From IMG/VR virus record IMGVR_UViG_3300027586_001229, positions 1-24,393 of that record: DNA of 24,393 nt; one strand, given 5' to 3'. Shown here piece by piece: positions 16,352-24,218 of the stretch. Below the pieces are notes generated by a model, which worked only from the letters and a program-made list of their open reading frames with translations, had not been told where the DNA came from and did no database searches. The stretch comes from a virus (Duplodnaviria > Caudoviricetes). The translations under genes were made by a program, and so were the position numbers. The number at the start of each line of letters is the position of its first letter. The first letter of the stretch is position 1.

Positions 16352-17092
16352 CTATACTTTCCCTGGCTTTGTATATTGCTTTTTTCTCCAGGCAAATTTT
16401 TTATAATGTGCTGTAATATGAGACCTTCTGTTTTCAGAAATAAGATCATGCTTTTCATATGTTTCTTCTGTTGTGTCTACAGTTAACTCCCAAGGCTCTC
16501 TTTTTATTGGTATTAATTGAGACACTGGAGTTCCAGCAGGGATTGTTCCTTCAAAATCTCTTTTAATAAAGAATGGTAAAAATACTGGCAATCCCCATAT
16601 GTCTGCGTCAACTAATCCAGAAGGTACCCAAAAAGGTAGGTCTGGTCTGTTTAATGGCATTGTCATTAGCAAAGAATAGTTTTCTGGTGTTTCATAAAAC
16701 CACTGCATCTTAATTCCAAATTGTATTGGATGAACATCAAGAGGTATTGCCATATCTACAAATGGTCTCTTGTCCATTAGCATAAAATCTTTTGTCCAAG
16801 AAAGTCCTGGCTTGCCATCTTTGTCTATTTCAACAGTAAGATCATCTTCAAGGCAGTACTGGTAGCCAAGAGTCATGGCATCCATAAATGGCATACAGAG
16901 TTTAGTAGAAACATTTGATCCATCTCCACCTCTGTCGTTTATTGGACCTAACTCTGCAAGGTCGTTTGTGTTCACATGTCTTCCAAGATCTCTATACCAT
17001 TGAGGAATTTTTTTGTAGGCAGGTTCGGGAGAGATAAGTCCTGGCTGATTACTAATAAACTTTAGTTCTTGAACTTCTTCTGAATTTTCCAC
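16352..17092 (-). CDS. Conserved phage protein (DUF6065/dUTPase-like beta fold?)
   Basis: PEPAYKKIPQWYR, TKLCMPFMDAMTLGY, SGLVDAD and IPAGTPVSQLIPIKRE; GTG start coupled to the upstream TAG. Confidence 0.65.
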   Translation of the reverse strand: MENSEEVQELKFISNQPGLISPEPAYKKIPQWYRDLGRHVNTNDLAELGPINDRGGDGSNVSTKLCMPFMDAMTLGYQYCLEDDLTVEIDKDGKPGLSWTKDFMLMDKRPFVDMAIPLDVHPIQFGIKMQWFYETPENYSLLMTMPLNRPDLPFWVPSGLVDADIWGLPVFLPFFIKRDFEGTIPAGTPVSQLIPIKREPWELTVDTTEETYEKHDLISENRRSHITAHYKKFAWRKKQYTKPGKV

Positions 17093-17748
17093 TACTCAAA
17101 CTCTTTTCTTATTTTATCTAACTGGTCATCTGTTACACTAAAACTAATGCAGAACATTGGTGAACCAATATCAATAATACCATACCGATGATCCTGCATA
17201 TGCTTTCCTTCTTTTTTTATATTAAAGTTTATAAAAGGTGTGTCAACATACATTTCTTTATCCTCTGGTGGGCTAAAATTTTTGTAAGATTCTTCAACAA
17301 TGAATGGTGAAAACTCATCATTTGTATTAGTTATTCTAATATCTGAAGAGAATCCTATTATCCAAGGCATATAAAATCTATATGTAGCAAGGAAACATTC
17401 ATCATTGCTTATTTGTTGTGGTGACGGATAAAATTGTCTTTGATGACATTTGTCTAAGGCATACAAGGACCCATCCTGTCTTGGCCTTACCCATATCTCT
17501 GCGTGTGTTTTTTGAACAATTGTTACAATATTATTATTTATTGAAACAAGTTCTGGCTTTGGATAAAGGTTAGAGACATATCTATTAATGGGCTTTACTA
17601 ACATTGATTTGTATTTAGGTTCTAGTAGATCATATCTCGCCCACTTCTGTGGCACAAAAGATTGTTCTTCTAGTTCAGGGAAAGAAAGATTTTCTGAATC
17701 AACCCAAAATTCAGAACCCTCTATATAGTTTTTTGTTTTCAAACCCAT
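17092..17748 (-). CDS. Hypothetical protein (possible diverged paralog of 16352-17092)
   Basis: 218 aa ORF; FYMPW..SPF..INFNIKK..IDIGSPMF pattern. Confidence 0.7.
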   Translation of the reverse strand: MGLKTKNYIEGSEFWVDSENLSFPELEEQSFVPQKWARYDLLEPKYKSMLVKPINRYVSNLYPKPELVSINNNIVTIVQKTHAEIWVRPRQDGSLYALDKCHQRQFYPSPQQISNDECFLATYRFYMPWIIGFSSDIRITNTNDEFSPFIVEESYKNFSPPEDKEMYVDTPFINFNIKKEGKHMQDHRYGIIDIGSPMFCISFSVTDDQLDKIRKEFE

Positions 17749-17749
17749 G

Positions 17750-19171
17750 CTATCTTACAATCTTTGTGTTGTAGGCTTTTTCCCATTCAAGAATATCATT
17801 CTCATCATTTAGCAATGGCTGTCCCTTAATGTTTAGGCTTGTATTCAAAAGTATTGGCACACCAGTTTGTAGATAGAATTTATTTAAAACTCTATATAAG
17901 CCATAGTGATCTTCCTTCGTTACTGTCTGAACTCTAGAAGTTCCATCGGCGTGGACTACAGAAGGTATTTTTTCTGGCTGTAAACATTTTACTGTGTACT
18001 GCATATATGGACTTGCAAAATCCATATCAAACCATTTGTGAGCGTGATCTGCTAAAACTATAGGAGCAAATGGCCTAAACAATTCTCTTTGTTTAATTAA
18101 ATTAACCTTGTCTTTGATGGCTGGATCTCTTGGGTCTGCAAGAATAGATCTATTTCCAAGTGCTCTTGGACCATATTCTGCTCTACCTGTTGCTACTGCT
18201 ACTATGCCATCTTTTAATATACCGTCCACAATTTGCTGAACAGGATACTCTCCTCCAAGATCGTAGCCAAGATAAGGAGTCTTCCAATCAAGATGCTTTC
18301 CGTATAGGGCTGCTGCTGCGCCTAAAGAACTGCCAGCATCTCCTGGGTTTGGCATGATCCAAATCATATCAAATATATTCCACAGCAGTGTATTTGCGGA
18401 TGAGTTTAGTGCACATCCACCCATGAATACTAAATTATTTTTGCCAGTTAAACTTTTTGCCATACGCATGAATTGATTTAGCCTTTGCTCGTATACCATT
18501 TGTACTGCTGCTGCTATATCAAATTTATCTTGTTCTGAAATCCAACCCCAGTCAGTTATTCCTTTATGAAAGTTATATTTTTGATTATCGTATGAGGGGA
18601 AATATTCGTTAACTTTTTTATAGTGCTTTGTCCAGTCTCCGTATGCAGCCATACCCATCATAATGTATTCTTCTTGGTTGGGCATAAGTCCAATCAATTG
18701 AGTAAAGGCTGAATAGAATAATCCAAAACTAACTGGATAGTTCTGCTTATATTTTAGTTTAATGTTGTTGCCTTCTCCAACCCAAACTGTAGAAGTATTG
18801 TATTCTCCCATTGCATCCAAAACAACAATTACTGCATTGTTAAAATCACTTGTAAAGTATCCTGCTGCTGCATGTGAATAGTGATGGCTGAATGATTTTC
18901 TAGGAATTCCTGGTATATTAAATCTAGGTTTCCATTCTCCTGCACCACCCTTTAGAGCCAGTCTAGAGGCCTTTAGAAGGGGTTTTTCATAGTAAGCAAT
19001 ATGATCTGGTCTACCATACTGTAGGGCATCTTTTACTAAACTATCATTCACATACCAATCATTTTTTTGCTTACTATATCTTTCTGCATGCCCCGCAAAA
19101 AGTATATCCCCGTCCTTAATTAAAGAAACAGATGCGTCGTGAGATGTTTCATTTACTCCCAGTATTATCAT
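17750..19171 (-). CDS. Carbamoyltransferase (NodU/CmcH/TobZ family)
   Basis: HDAS, HHYSHAA, MGMAAYG, GGCALN, PGDAG, EYGPRALGNRSIL, RELFRPFAP, HADGTSRVQTV and LNTSLN motifs. Confidence 0.96.
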   Translation of the reverse strand: MIILGVNETSHDASVSLIKDGDILFAGHAERYSKQKNDWYVNDSLVKDALQYGRPDHIAYYEKPLLKASRLALKGGAGEWKPRFNIPGIPRKSFSHHYSHAAAGYFTSDFNNAVIVVLDAMGEYNTSTVWVGEGNNIKLKYKQNYPVSFGLFYSAFTQLIGLMPNQEEYIMMGMAAYGDWTKHYKKVNEYFPSYDNQKYNFHKGITDWGWISEQDKFDIAAAVQMVYEQRLNQFMRMAKSLTGKNNLVFMGGCALNSSANTLLWNIFDMIWIMPNPGDAGSSLGAAAALYGKHLDWKTPYLGYDLGGEYPVQQIVDGILKDGIVAVATGRAEYGPRALGNRSILADPRDPAIKDKVNLIKQRELFRPFAPIVLADHAHKWFDMDFASPYMQYTVKCLQPEKIPSVVHADGTSRVQTVTKEDHYGLYRVLNKFYLQTGVPILLNTSLNIKGQPLLNDENDILEWEKAYNTKIVR

Positions 19172-19251
19172 TAATATATAAACTTTCTAGGTTTCTTCAT
19201 CATTTTTTTAATCTTATACATAATTATCATTTTTTTTATTTTTTTAATCAT
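19171..19251 (-). CDS. Lys-rich 26 aa peptide ending FIY
   Basis: MIKKIKKMIIMYKIKKMMKKPRKFIY; ATGA overlap with the upstream SGNH gene and TAATG overlap with the carbamoyltransferase. Confidence 0.8.
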   Translation of the reverse strand: MIKKIKKMIIMYKIKKMMKKPRKFIY

Positions 19252-20099
19252 TTTGTCTCCACATATTTACTATACATAAAGTCTGACCAAAAATCATGGA
19301 ATGATGTTCCTGGATGAATTTCGTCTGATGCAACCAAAGAGTACTTTTTATCTTGCTTCTTTTTTGCTTTATCATAATTATATATAGACTCTATCATTTT
19401 TTCTTCGCTATAGATATTGTATGATTTAAAGTTTTTTAACAACTCATCAAGTATATTTACCTCATTTTTATTAAGTTGATCTCCCCAGTCTGCTCTTAGT
19501 TGTTTTGTTCCAGGATAGAACTTTTCTTTTTTCTCTGGTAGCATTTCACTTCCAATAAGAGTTGCATCTTTATACCATGTTGTTGTTATTAATTCTATAT
19601 TGTTTGAATAGCAATATTGCTCTAAGTAAAAATAGCATCTATATATTAATGTATTTAAACTATCAATGCAACCATCTTGAGCATACTTAGAGTCTCTCCA
19701 AGGGTCTGGAAGCATTAAAAATATTGTCTTTGGATTTCCATATTCACTACAGTACCTAAAAATTTGATCAATGCATTCTGTAACGCTCATTCCAGATGCT
19801 GCCACATTATAATATCCACCTATATTATTATCTTTAAATATTTTTGAATATAGTTTTTTTGGCCAAGATTCATCATGATCTAATGATTCACCAGCAGTAA
19901 TTGAACAACCAGCAAAAAGTATTTTATTTTTATTTAATTCATCTTTAAAGTTATCAGAATTGTTAACAAATTCACGCAGTCCTGGAGAAAGAGCAATCCG
20001 TAAGTACCTATCTCTACCAGTTTTAGATATTCCATAAGGGTGGTCATCGTTAAACATTGATGTGCCAACTTGCGCTTTAGTCTCTATATTGTTTGTCAA
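19248..20099 (-). CDS. SGNH/GDSL-fold protein
   Basis: FAGCSITAG (Ser), YNVAASG and SDEIHPG (DxxH); TTG start in a TTGA overlap. Confidence 0.8.
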   Translation of the reverse strand: MTNNIETKAQVGTSMFNDDHPYGISKTGRDRYLRIALSPGLREFVNNSDNFKDELNKNKILFAGCSITAGESLDHDESWPKKLYSKIFKDNNIGGYYNVAASGMSVTECIDQIFRYCSEYGNPKTIFLMLPDPWRDSKYAQDGCIDSLNTLIYRCYFYLEQYCYSNNIELITTTWYKDATLIGSEMLPEKKEKFYPGTKQLRADWGDQLNKNEVNILDELLKNFKSYNIYSEEKMIESIYNYDKAKKKQDKKYSLVASDEIHPGTSFHDFWSDFMYSKYVETK

Positions 20100-20173
20100 T
20101 ATACATACTTCTTTCTCTTAAGTCTTTTCTTGTTTCTTTTTTTCCATAAATAGAATTTAATCTTTGATATCAT
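20096..20173 (-). CDS. Lys/Arg-rich 25 aa peptide ending YVY
   Basis: MISKIKFYLWKKRNKKRLKRKKYVY; TAATG overlap upstream and TTGA overlap downstream. Confidence 0.8.
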   Translation of the reverse strand: MISKIKFYLWKKRNKKRLKRKKYVY

Positions 20174-21096
20174 TATATCATACCTAATTCTTTTGATATT
20201 TCATAAATATTTTTTGCAAAAGACATTTGGCCAACAAGTCCGTAGTGTTGTTCATCTGCTGCATCAAAAAGAAACTCTCGACCTGTGTGGGGCTCAACTT
20301 CTAATTCATAGTCCAGACGATGCAAGAACTGTGGATTTCCATCAGAGTCATATATTGGTATGAAGTTTTTTAATTTTAATTTAGAGACTAGATAAGATGT
20401 TGGTGCATCCCAACTTGTCATAAATAAAGATATATTGTTTATAGTACAATAATATGATAACCTTTGAATAGATCTGACATACTCTAAAAGAAAGTCGTGT
20501 AGATCTGTCTGATTTGCAGAATGTTTTTCTTTATTGTCTGAGAAAATAGTTCTAAATGATTTAGATTGGCTATCCCAAGACTTCATTCGTCCATAGTCTG
20601 GCAATAAAACATATACAGTGTTTGGATTTCCAAAGGTATTGCAGTAGGTAATTATGTTATCTACTATATGGTCTGCTCCTTGACCAGGATATCCTAAAGA
20701 ATTAAAGGGTCCAATGTTTGAGTATATGCTCTCTAATTTTTTATACAGATGGTTATCCCAGGTGTATCCTTCTGGGAGTGCCTCTCCAAATGTTGCAGAG
20801 CATCCAGCAAATAAAATATTTGTTTTATTTTTATCAAGGGGATTAAACTCTTCACACCTGTGGCCGTGGCTATTTAGTTTATAATATATTTTGTGCCCTT
20901 TGTAAACAGACATACAAGAATACTCTTCTAGGTCTGAAGGATCTACTCTTGCTCCTAAATATATTATTGTGTTTCCTTCTACTTTTTCATAAGAAGGGTC
21001 TATCTCTGCAGCATTTATATAATTATCAAAAAAATTATTTGATATATTTTTTATAGATGACCTATCTTTTATTAAAAAGCCAATTTCTTCTATCAT
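20173..21096 (-). CDS. SGNH/GDSL-fold protein
   Basis: YKLNSHGHR, FAGCSATFG, NSLGYPG and ADEQHYG. Confidence 0.8.
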   Translation of the reverse strand: MIEEIGFLIKDRSSIKNISNNFFDNYINAAEIDPSYEKVEGNTIIYLGARVDPSDLEEYSCMSVYKGHKIYYKLNSHGHRCEEFNPLDKNKTNILFAGCSATFGEALPEGYTWDNHLYKKLESIYSNIGPFNSLGYPGQGADHIVDNIITYCNTFGNPNTVYVLLPDYGRMKSWDSQSKSFRTIFSDNKEKHSANQTDLHDFLLEYVRSIQRLSYYCTINNISLFMTSWDAPTSYLVSKLKLKNFIPIYDSDGNPQFLHRLDYELEVEPHTGREFLFDAADEQHYGLVGQMSFAKNIYEISKELGMI

Positions 21097-21102
21097 ATTA
21101 CA

Positions 21103-21111
21103 ATTATACCA
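21103..21111 (-). promoter_or_regulatory. Extended -10 promoter (leaderless) heading the SGNH/carbamoyltransferase operon
   Basis: TGGTATAAT 6 nt upstream of ATG 21096. Confidence 0.7.
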
Positions 21112-21115
21112 TTTG

Positions 21116-21188
21116 CTGGGGTGGCAGGCATCGATCCTGCGACATCCGAATTAACAGTTCGGCACTCTACCATCTGAGTTACACCCCA
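21116..21188 (-). tRNA. tRNA-Asn (GTT)
   Basis: Acceptor stem TGGGGTG/CACCCCA with discriminator G; D arm ACTC/GAGT; anticodon arm CCGAA-CTGTTAA-TTCGG; T arm GCAGG-ATCGATG-CCTGC. Confidence 0.93.
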
Positions 21189-21191
21189 ATA

Positions 21192-22265
21192 TTATATTTT
21201 TTTATAACCAGTTGGACACTTAGGCTTTAGCGCAGTAATCTTCTTAATAGTCTTTCCCTTAATGCAAACAATAGCAGTTTTTTTTGCTATAACTAATAAT
21301 GGTGTTTCTGATTTTTCTATAACTATATTTATTTTTTGCTGTTCAATGATTATAGGATTTTTATGTTCAACTTCTTTTTTATTTTTTTCAATATTATCAA
21401 GAAATTTATTTGCCTCATCAATTAAATACTGAAAAGCCCAGGCGGAATAGTATTGTCCTCCAGCATTTTCCATCCAAAACTTATTGTTCCACATAGGATC
21501 ATCTTTTGAAAGGTTTGCGCTTGGTCCCATAGCGCCTGAGAGTGCGCCAACATATACCCACTCACCATTAATATTTGTCCAAATAGGACTTCCAGAGTCT
21601 CCTCCACCATGATAAACATTGTCAGGTAGGTTTGTTTGTACAATCATGCCTAACTTATAGTAGGGCTTAGTTTGCAGAATTCCTTTTTCTTCCGCTCCCT
21701 GCCAAAGAAACTGACTTCTTGCATAGGTTTTAGTCTTCATAGGTGATGGATCAACATATCCACCGTAGTTTGAATATCCATATCCTAATGATAAAAGTTC
21801 TGCTCCTCTATTAATTAGATCAACAGTCTCTTCCATTGTTGAAATTCTAAATGTTTGAGAACTTAATGGTTCTTCTAGCACCAAAACTGCAAAATCATAA
21901 AGTGGTCCATGGCTATTTGGTCCAGTTTTATCATAAAAAGAATCCTCATAGTAATCTGGTCTATACTGTGCAACAACTTTTGCAGTTTTTGTTCCATTTA
22001 AATATATTCTTGTTCCTGGAAGTGCAACCCACAGTGGATTTTTTTCTGATAGGGGGCCATTTGGCATTCGATTTATGCAGTGACCAGCGGTTAAAACAAT
22101 TCTTGGAGCAATTAGGGCTCCAGAGCAACCTTGTCTCTGACTCTCGTTTGAAGGTATAATAGCAACAACTTTTGGATCACTATCTGCCTTTTCTCCACCC
22201 ATAATTGCATTTGCAGGTGGTGTGACAAAAGTAAAAATTAGCAGCAAAGTTATAAATTTTTTCAT
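21192..22265 (-). CDS. Secreted trypsin-like (S1) serine protease
   Basis: Signal peptide ending ANA, then IMGG mature start; TAGHC, YDFAVL and GDSGSP catalytic triad motifs. Confidence 0.92.
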   Translation of the reverse strand: MKKFITLLLIFTFVTPPANAIMGGEKADSDPKVVAIIPSNESQRQGCSGALIAPRIVLTAGHCINRMPNGPLSEKNPLWVALPGTRIYLNGTKTAKVVAQYRPDYYEDSFYDKTGPNSHGPLYDFAVLVLEEPLSSQTFRISTMEETVDLINRGAELLSLGYGYSNYGGYVDPSPMKTKTYARSQFLWQGAEEKGILQTKPYYKLGMIVQTNLPDNVYHGGGDSGSPIWTNINGEWVYVGALSGAMGPSANLSKDDPMWNNKFWMENAGGQYYSAWAFQYLIDEANKFLDNIEKNKKEVEHKNPIIIEQQKINIVIEKSETPLLVIAKKTAIVCIKGKTIKKITALKPKCPTGYKKI

Positions 22266-22266
22266 T

Positions 22267-22449
22267 TTATTCTTTTATCCTTACTACTAGTTGACATGGG
22301 TCGCCTCCTGCTTCCCATTCTTGTTGCTCTTCTTCACTCATATATGGATCTCCATCATGAGTATTACAAAACGGTTCTGTTATCCATCCCCGCTCAATTC
22401 CATTTTCAAGCCAGATTTGAAACTCTAGGCTATCTTCTTCTGTTATCAT
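22267..22449 (-). CDS. Small acidic hypothetical protein
   Basis: GIERGWITEPFCNTHDG...GGDPC; ATGA-coupled. Confidence 0.8.
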   Translation of the reverse strand: MITEEDSLEFQIWLENGIERGWITEPFCNTHDGDPYMSEEEQQEWEAGGDPCQLVVRIKE

Positions 22450-23333
22450 AATATAAGTGTACCCTGTGTGTGGTCATCTGTCAACTTCTTAAGTGAAGAT
22501 AAAAACAAATTAAATACCAAATCGTGATGAATTATTCCTGGATGGTGCCCATCTCTTCCAGAAACAAGAAAGTCACTATCCTGACTATCTATACTATCAT
22601 AATCAAATAGTTTTGCATATTGCTCTAAAGATTTATTTTCGTCAATAAATGTTATTGGAAATATTGATTTTACTCTATTAATAGTAACAGAATCCCAGGA
22701 ATATGAAAGTAATTTTATGTTATGAGAAGCACAATAAATTTCTAAGAATCTATATAATAACTGAAACTTAAACATTAAATAAAAATCTTTGTCATCTTCT
22801 ATAGAGTTAGTTTCGTAGTCTAAATGTATTTTATTTATAAACTGATCAGTTTCTGGCAAGTAAACAACTTCACGAGAAAAATCTGCGTGTGCAATAAATA
22901 TGTAGTCTGGGTTGCCAAACTTATTACAATATTTTAATATATTTGAAACTATTCTTTCTATTCCTGCTCCAGGAATTCCTATTGATTGAAAAGGGCCTTT
23001 ATTTTTAAACGGCAAAGAGTTGTAAAGTTTTTTGGTCCAAACATATTTTTCTGGTAAGGAATGACCAAATGTGCTTGAGCATCCTGCAAACAAAACATTT
23101 GTTTTATCTTTATCAATTTTAACAAAGTCATCACACCTATGTGCAAAATTATTTAATTTATATTCTACCCTTGGATCTATTTCTAATTTTTGATCGTGCT
23201 CTTCTGCGTATGTTAGGTGGTAAGTTGTATTTTTTTCAAAGTATGTTGTTGAAGGCTCAAGTTCATAAGATATTTCTGGGTGAAGGTAAAATTTAGAATC
23301 TTCTGGAGCAGCATCATAAAAACTTATTTTCAA
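22446..23333 (-). CDS. SGNH/GDSL-fold protein
   Basis: YKLNNFAHR, FAGCSSTFG, SIGIPGAG and RDGHHPG; TTG start abutting the upstream stop. Confidence 0.8.
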   Translation of the reverse strand: MKISFYDAAPEDSKFYLHPEISYELEPSTTYFEKNTTYHLTYAEEHDQKLEIDPRVEYKLNNFAHRCDDFVKIDKDKTNVLFAGCSSTFGHSLPEKYVWTKKLYNSLPFKNKGPFQSIGIPGAGIERIVSNILKYCNKFGNPDYIFIAHADFSREVVYLPETDQFINKIHLDYETNSIEDDKDFYLMFKFQLLYRFLEIYCASHNIKLLSYSWDSVTINRVKSIFPITFIDENKSLEQYAKLFDYDSIDSQDSDFLVSGRDGHHPGIIHHDLVFNLFLSSLKKLTDDHTQGTLIL

Positions 23334-23858
23334 CTATAAACTCACAATATCAACTGGACCCATGCAGGATGGATTAAATTTAATAGCAGCATTTACTGCT
23401 TGCATTACTCTGTTCCTTGCATTTTTCTGCTTATCTGTTGCGTACAGAACCCCATAAGCATACTCTGATCCAGACCCCATAGCCAGATATGGAAGCATGT
23501 ACTTAGATAAAGACATATCTCCAGAACTGTGTTCATAGATTTGTCCACGGACACAGATAATTAATCCAAGGTCTCCTTCTTTAGATGTGTCAACCCAGAA
23601 CTCATTGTAAAATTCACGAAGTTCTTTAATAAACTTTGTATGCATAAATCTATCTGTATCTTTGAGAGTGGGAGCAGTTGGTTTAAAATTGTGACGAATT
23701 CTTTCTCCGTCCATTGATCCTGCATAGCCAATTAAATAGGGACCAGTCTTCCAAACTTTTGGTGCTTCAAGTGCTAGAATGGTTCCATCATCTGATGCAC
23801 CACGATCTCCAGCCATATAAATTTTGTCTTCATGTTTTAAAACAGCAATAACGGTCAT
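23334..23858 (-). CDS. Ntn-hydrolase, HslV/proteasome-beta-like peptidase
   Basis: True start M-TVIAV (N-terminal Thr nucleophile); AGDR, PKVW, IGYAGS and AMGSGS motifs; GGAGG SD. Confidence 0.85.
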   Translation of the reverse strand: MTVIAVLKHEDKIYMAGDRGASDDGTILALEAPKVWKTGPYLIGYAGSMDGERIRHNFKPTAPTLKDTDRFMHTKFIKELREFYNEFWVDTSKEGDLGLIICVRGQIYEHSSGDMSLSKYMLPYLAMGSGSEYAYGVLYATDKQKNARNRVMQAVNAAIKFNPSCMGPVDIVSL

Positions 23859-23863
23859 GCGAA

Positions 23864-23911
23864 AGCCCCTCCAGATAGGTATAATTAAGTATACCATTGC
23901 CTAGAGGGGCT
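23864..23911. repeat. Imperfect inverted repeat covering promoter and SD
   Basis: AGCCCCTCCAG (23864-23874) / CTAGAGGGGCT (23901-23911), with inner GGTATA/TATACC. Confidence 0.8.
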
Positions 23912-23916
23912 GTCAA
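23888..23916 (-). promoter_or_regulatory. Near-consensus SigA/sigma70 promoter
   Basis: TTGACA-17 nt-TATACT with a TGG extension. Confidence 0.85.
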
Positions 23917-23932
23917 CTAGGGGTAATAATGA

Positions 23933-24217
23933 CTAATTAGCCTTTTTATCTACCGTTTTAAAGGCATCATTTATTTCTGATAATGATAGCCTTCCATCGT
24001 CTAAAAAAGCCCTTGCCAGTCTTTCAATAACTGTGGCTACGCCTAAGAGTCCTGCAAGCATAACTGCCTGTGCAGTTTCAATTCCTACTACGGCTCCTGC
24101 TCCCAAGACTGACAGTCCTGATGCTGCGAATACCGCAAGAATTCTCATTAGAATATTTGTTATTGCTTTCTGTGGATGCTCCTGCTTTGGGGGTTCTACT
24201 ATTTTTTTAGTTGCCAT
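23933..24217 (-). CDS. 2-TM membrane protein (holin-like)
   Basis: Two hydrophobic helices, then DDGRLSLSEI; AAGGAG SD. Confidence 0.7.
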   Translation of the reverse strand: MATKKIVEPPKQEHPQKAITNILMRILAVFAASGLSVLGAGAVVGIETAQAVMLAGLLGVATVIERLARAFLDDGRLSLSEINDAFKTVDKKAN

Positions 24218-24218
24218 T

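Noticed and set aside
19171-20173. Cationic peptides as RiPP precursors or antimicrobial peptides
   Set aside because: There is no leader/core structure, RRE or exporter. Pairing with SGNH genes and the terminal Tyr fit a shuttle role better, though this is not formally excluded.
21113-21188. tRNA as an integration site or island boundary
   Set aside because: No duplicated tRNA 3' end and no integrase are seen in the window.
23859-23897. N-terminal extension MVYLIIPIWRGFR of the Ntn peptidase as a propeptide
   Set aside because: It overlaps the promoter and SD; the downstream ATG has a good GGAGG and gives the expected Met-Thr start.
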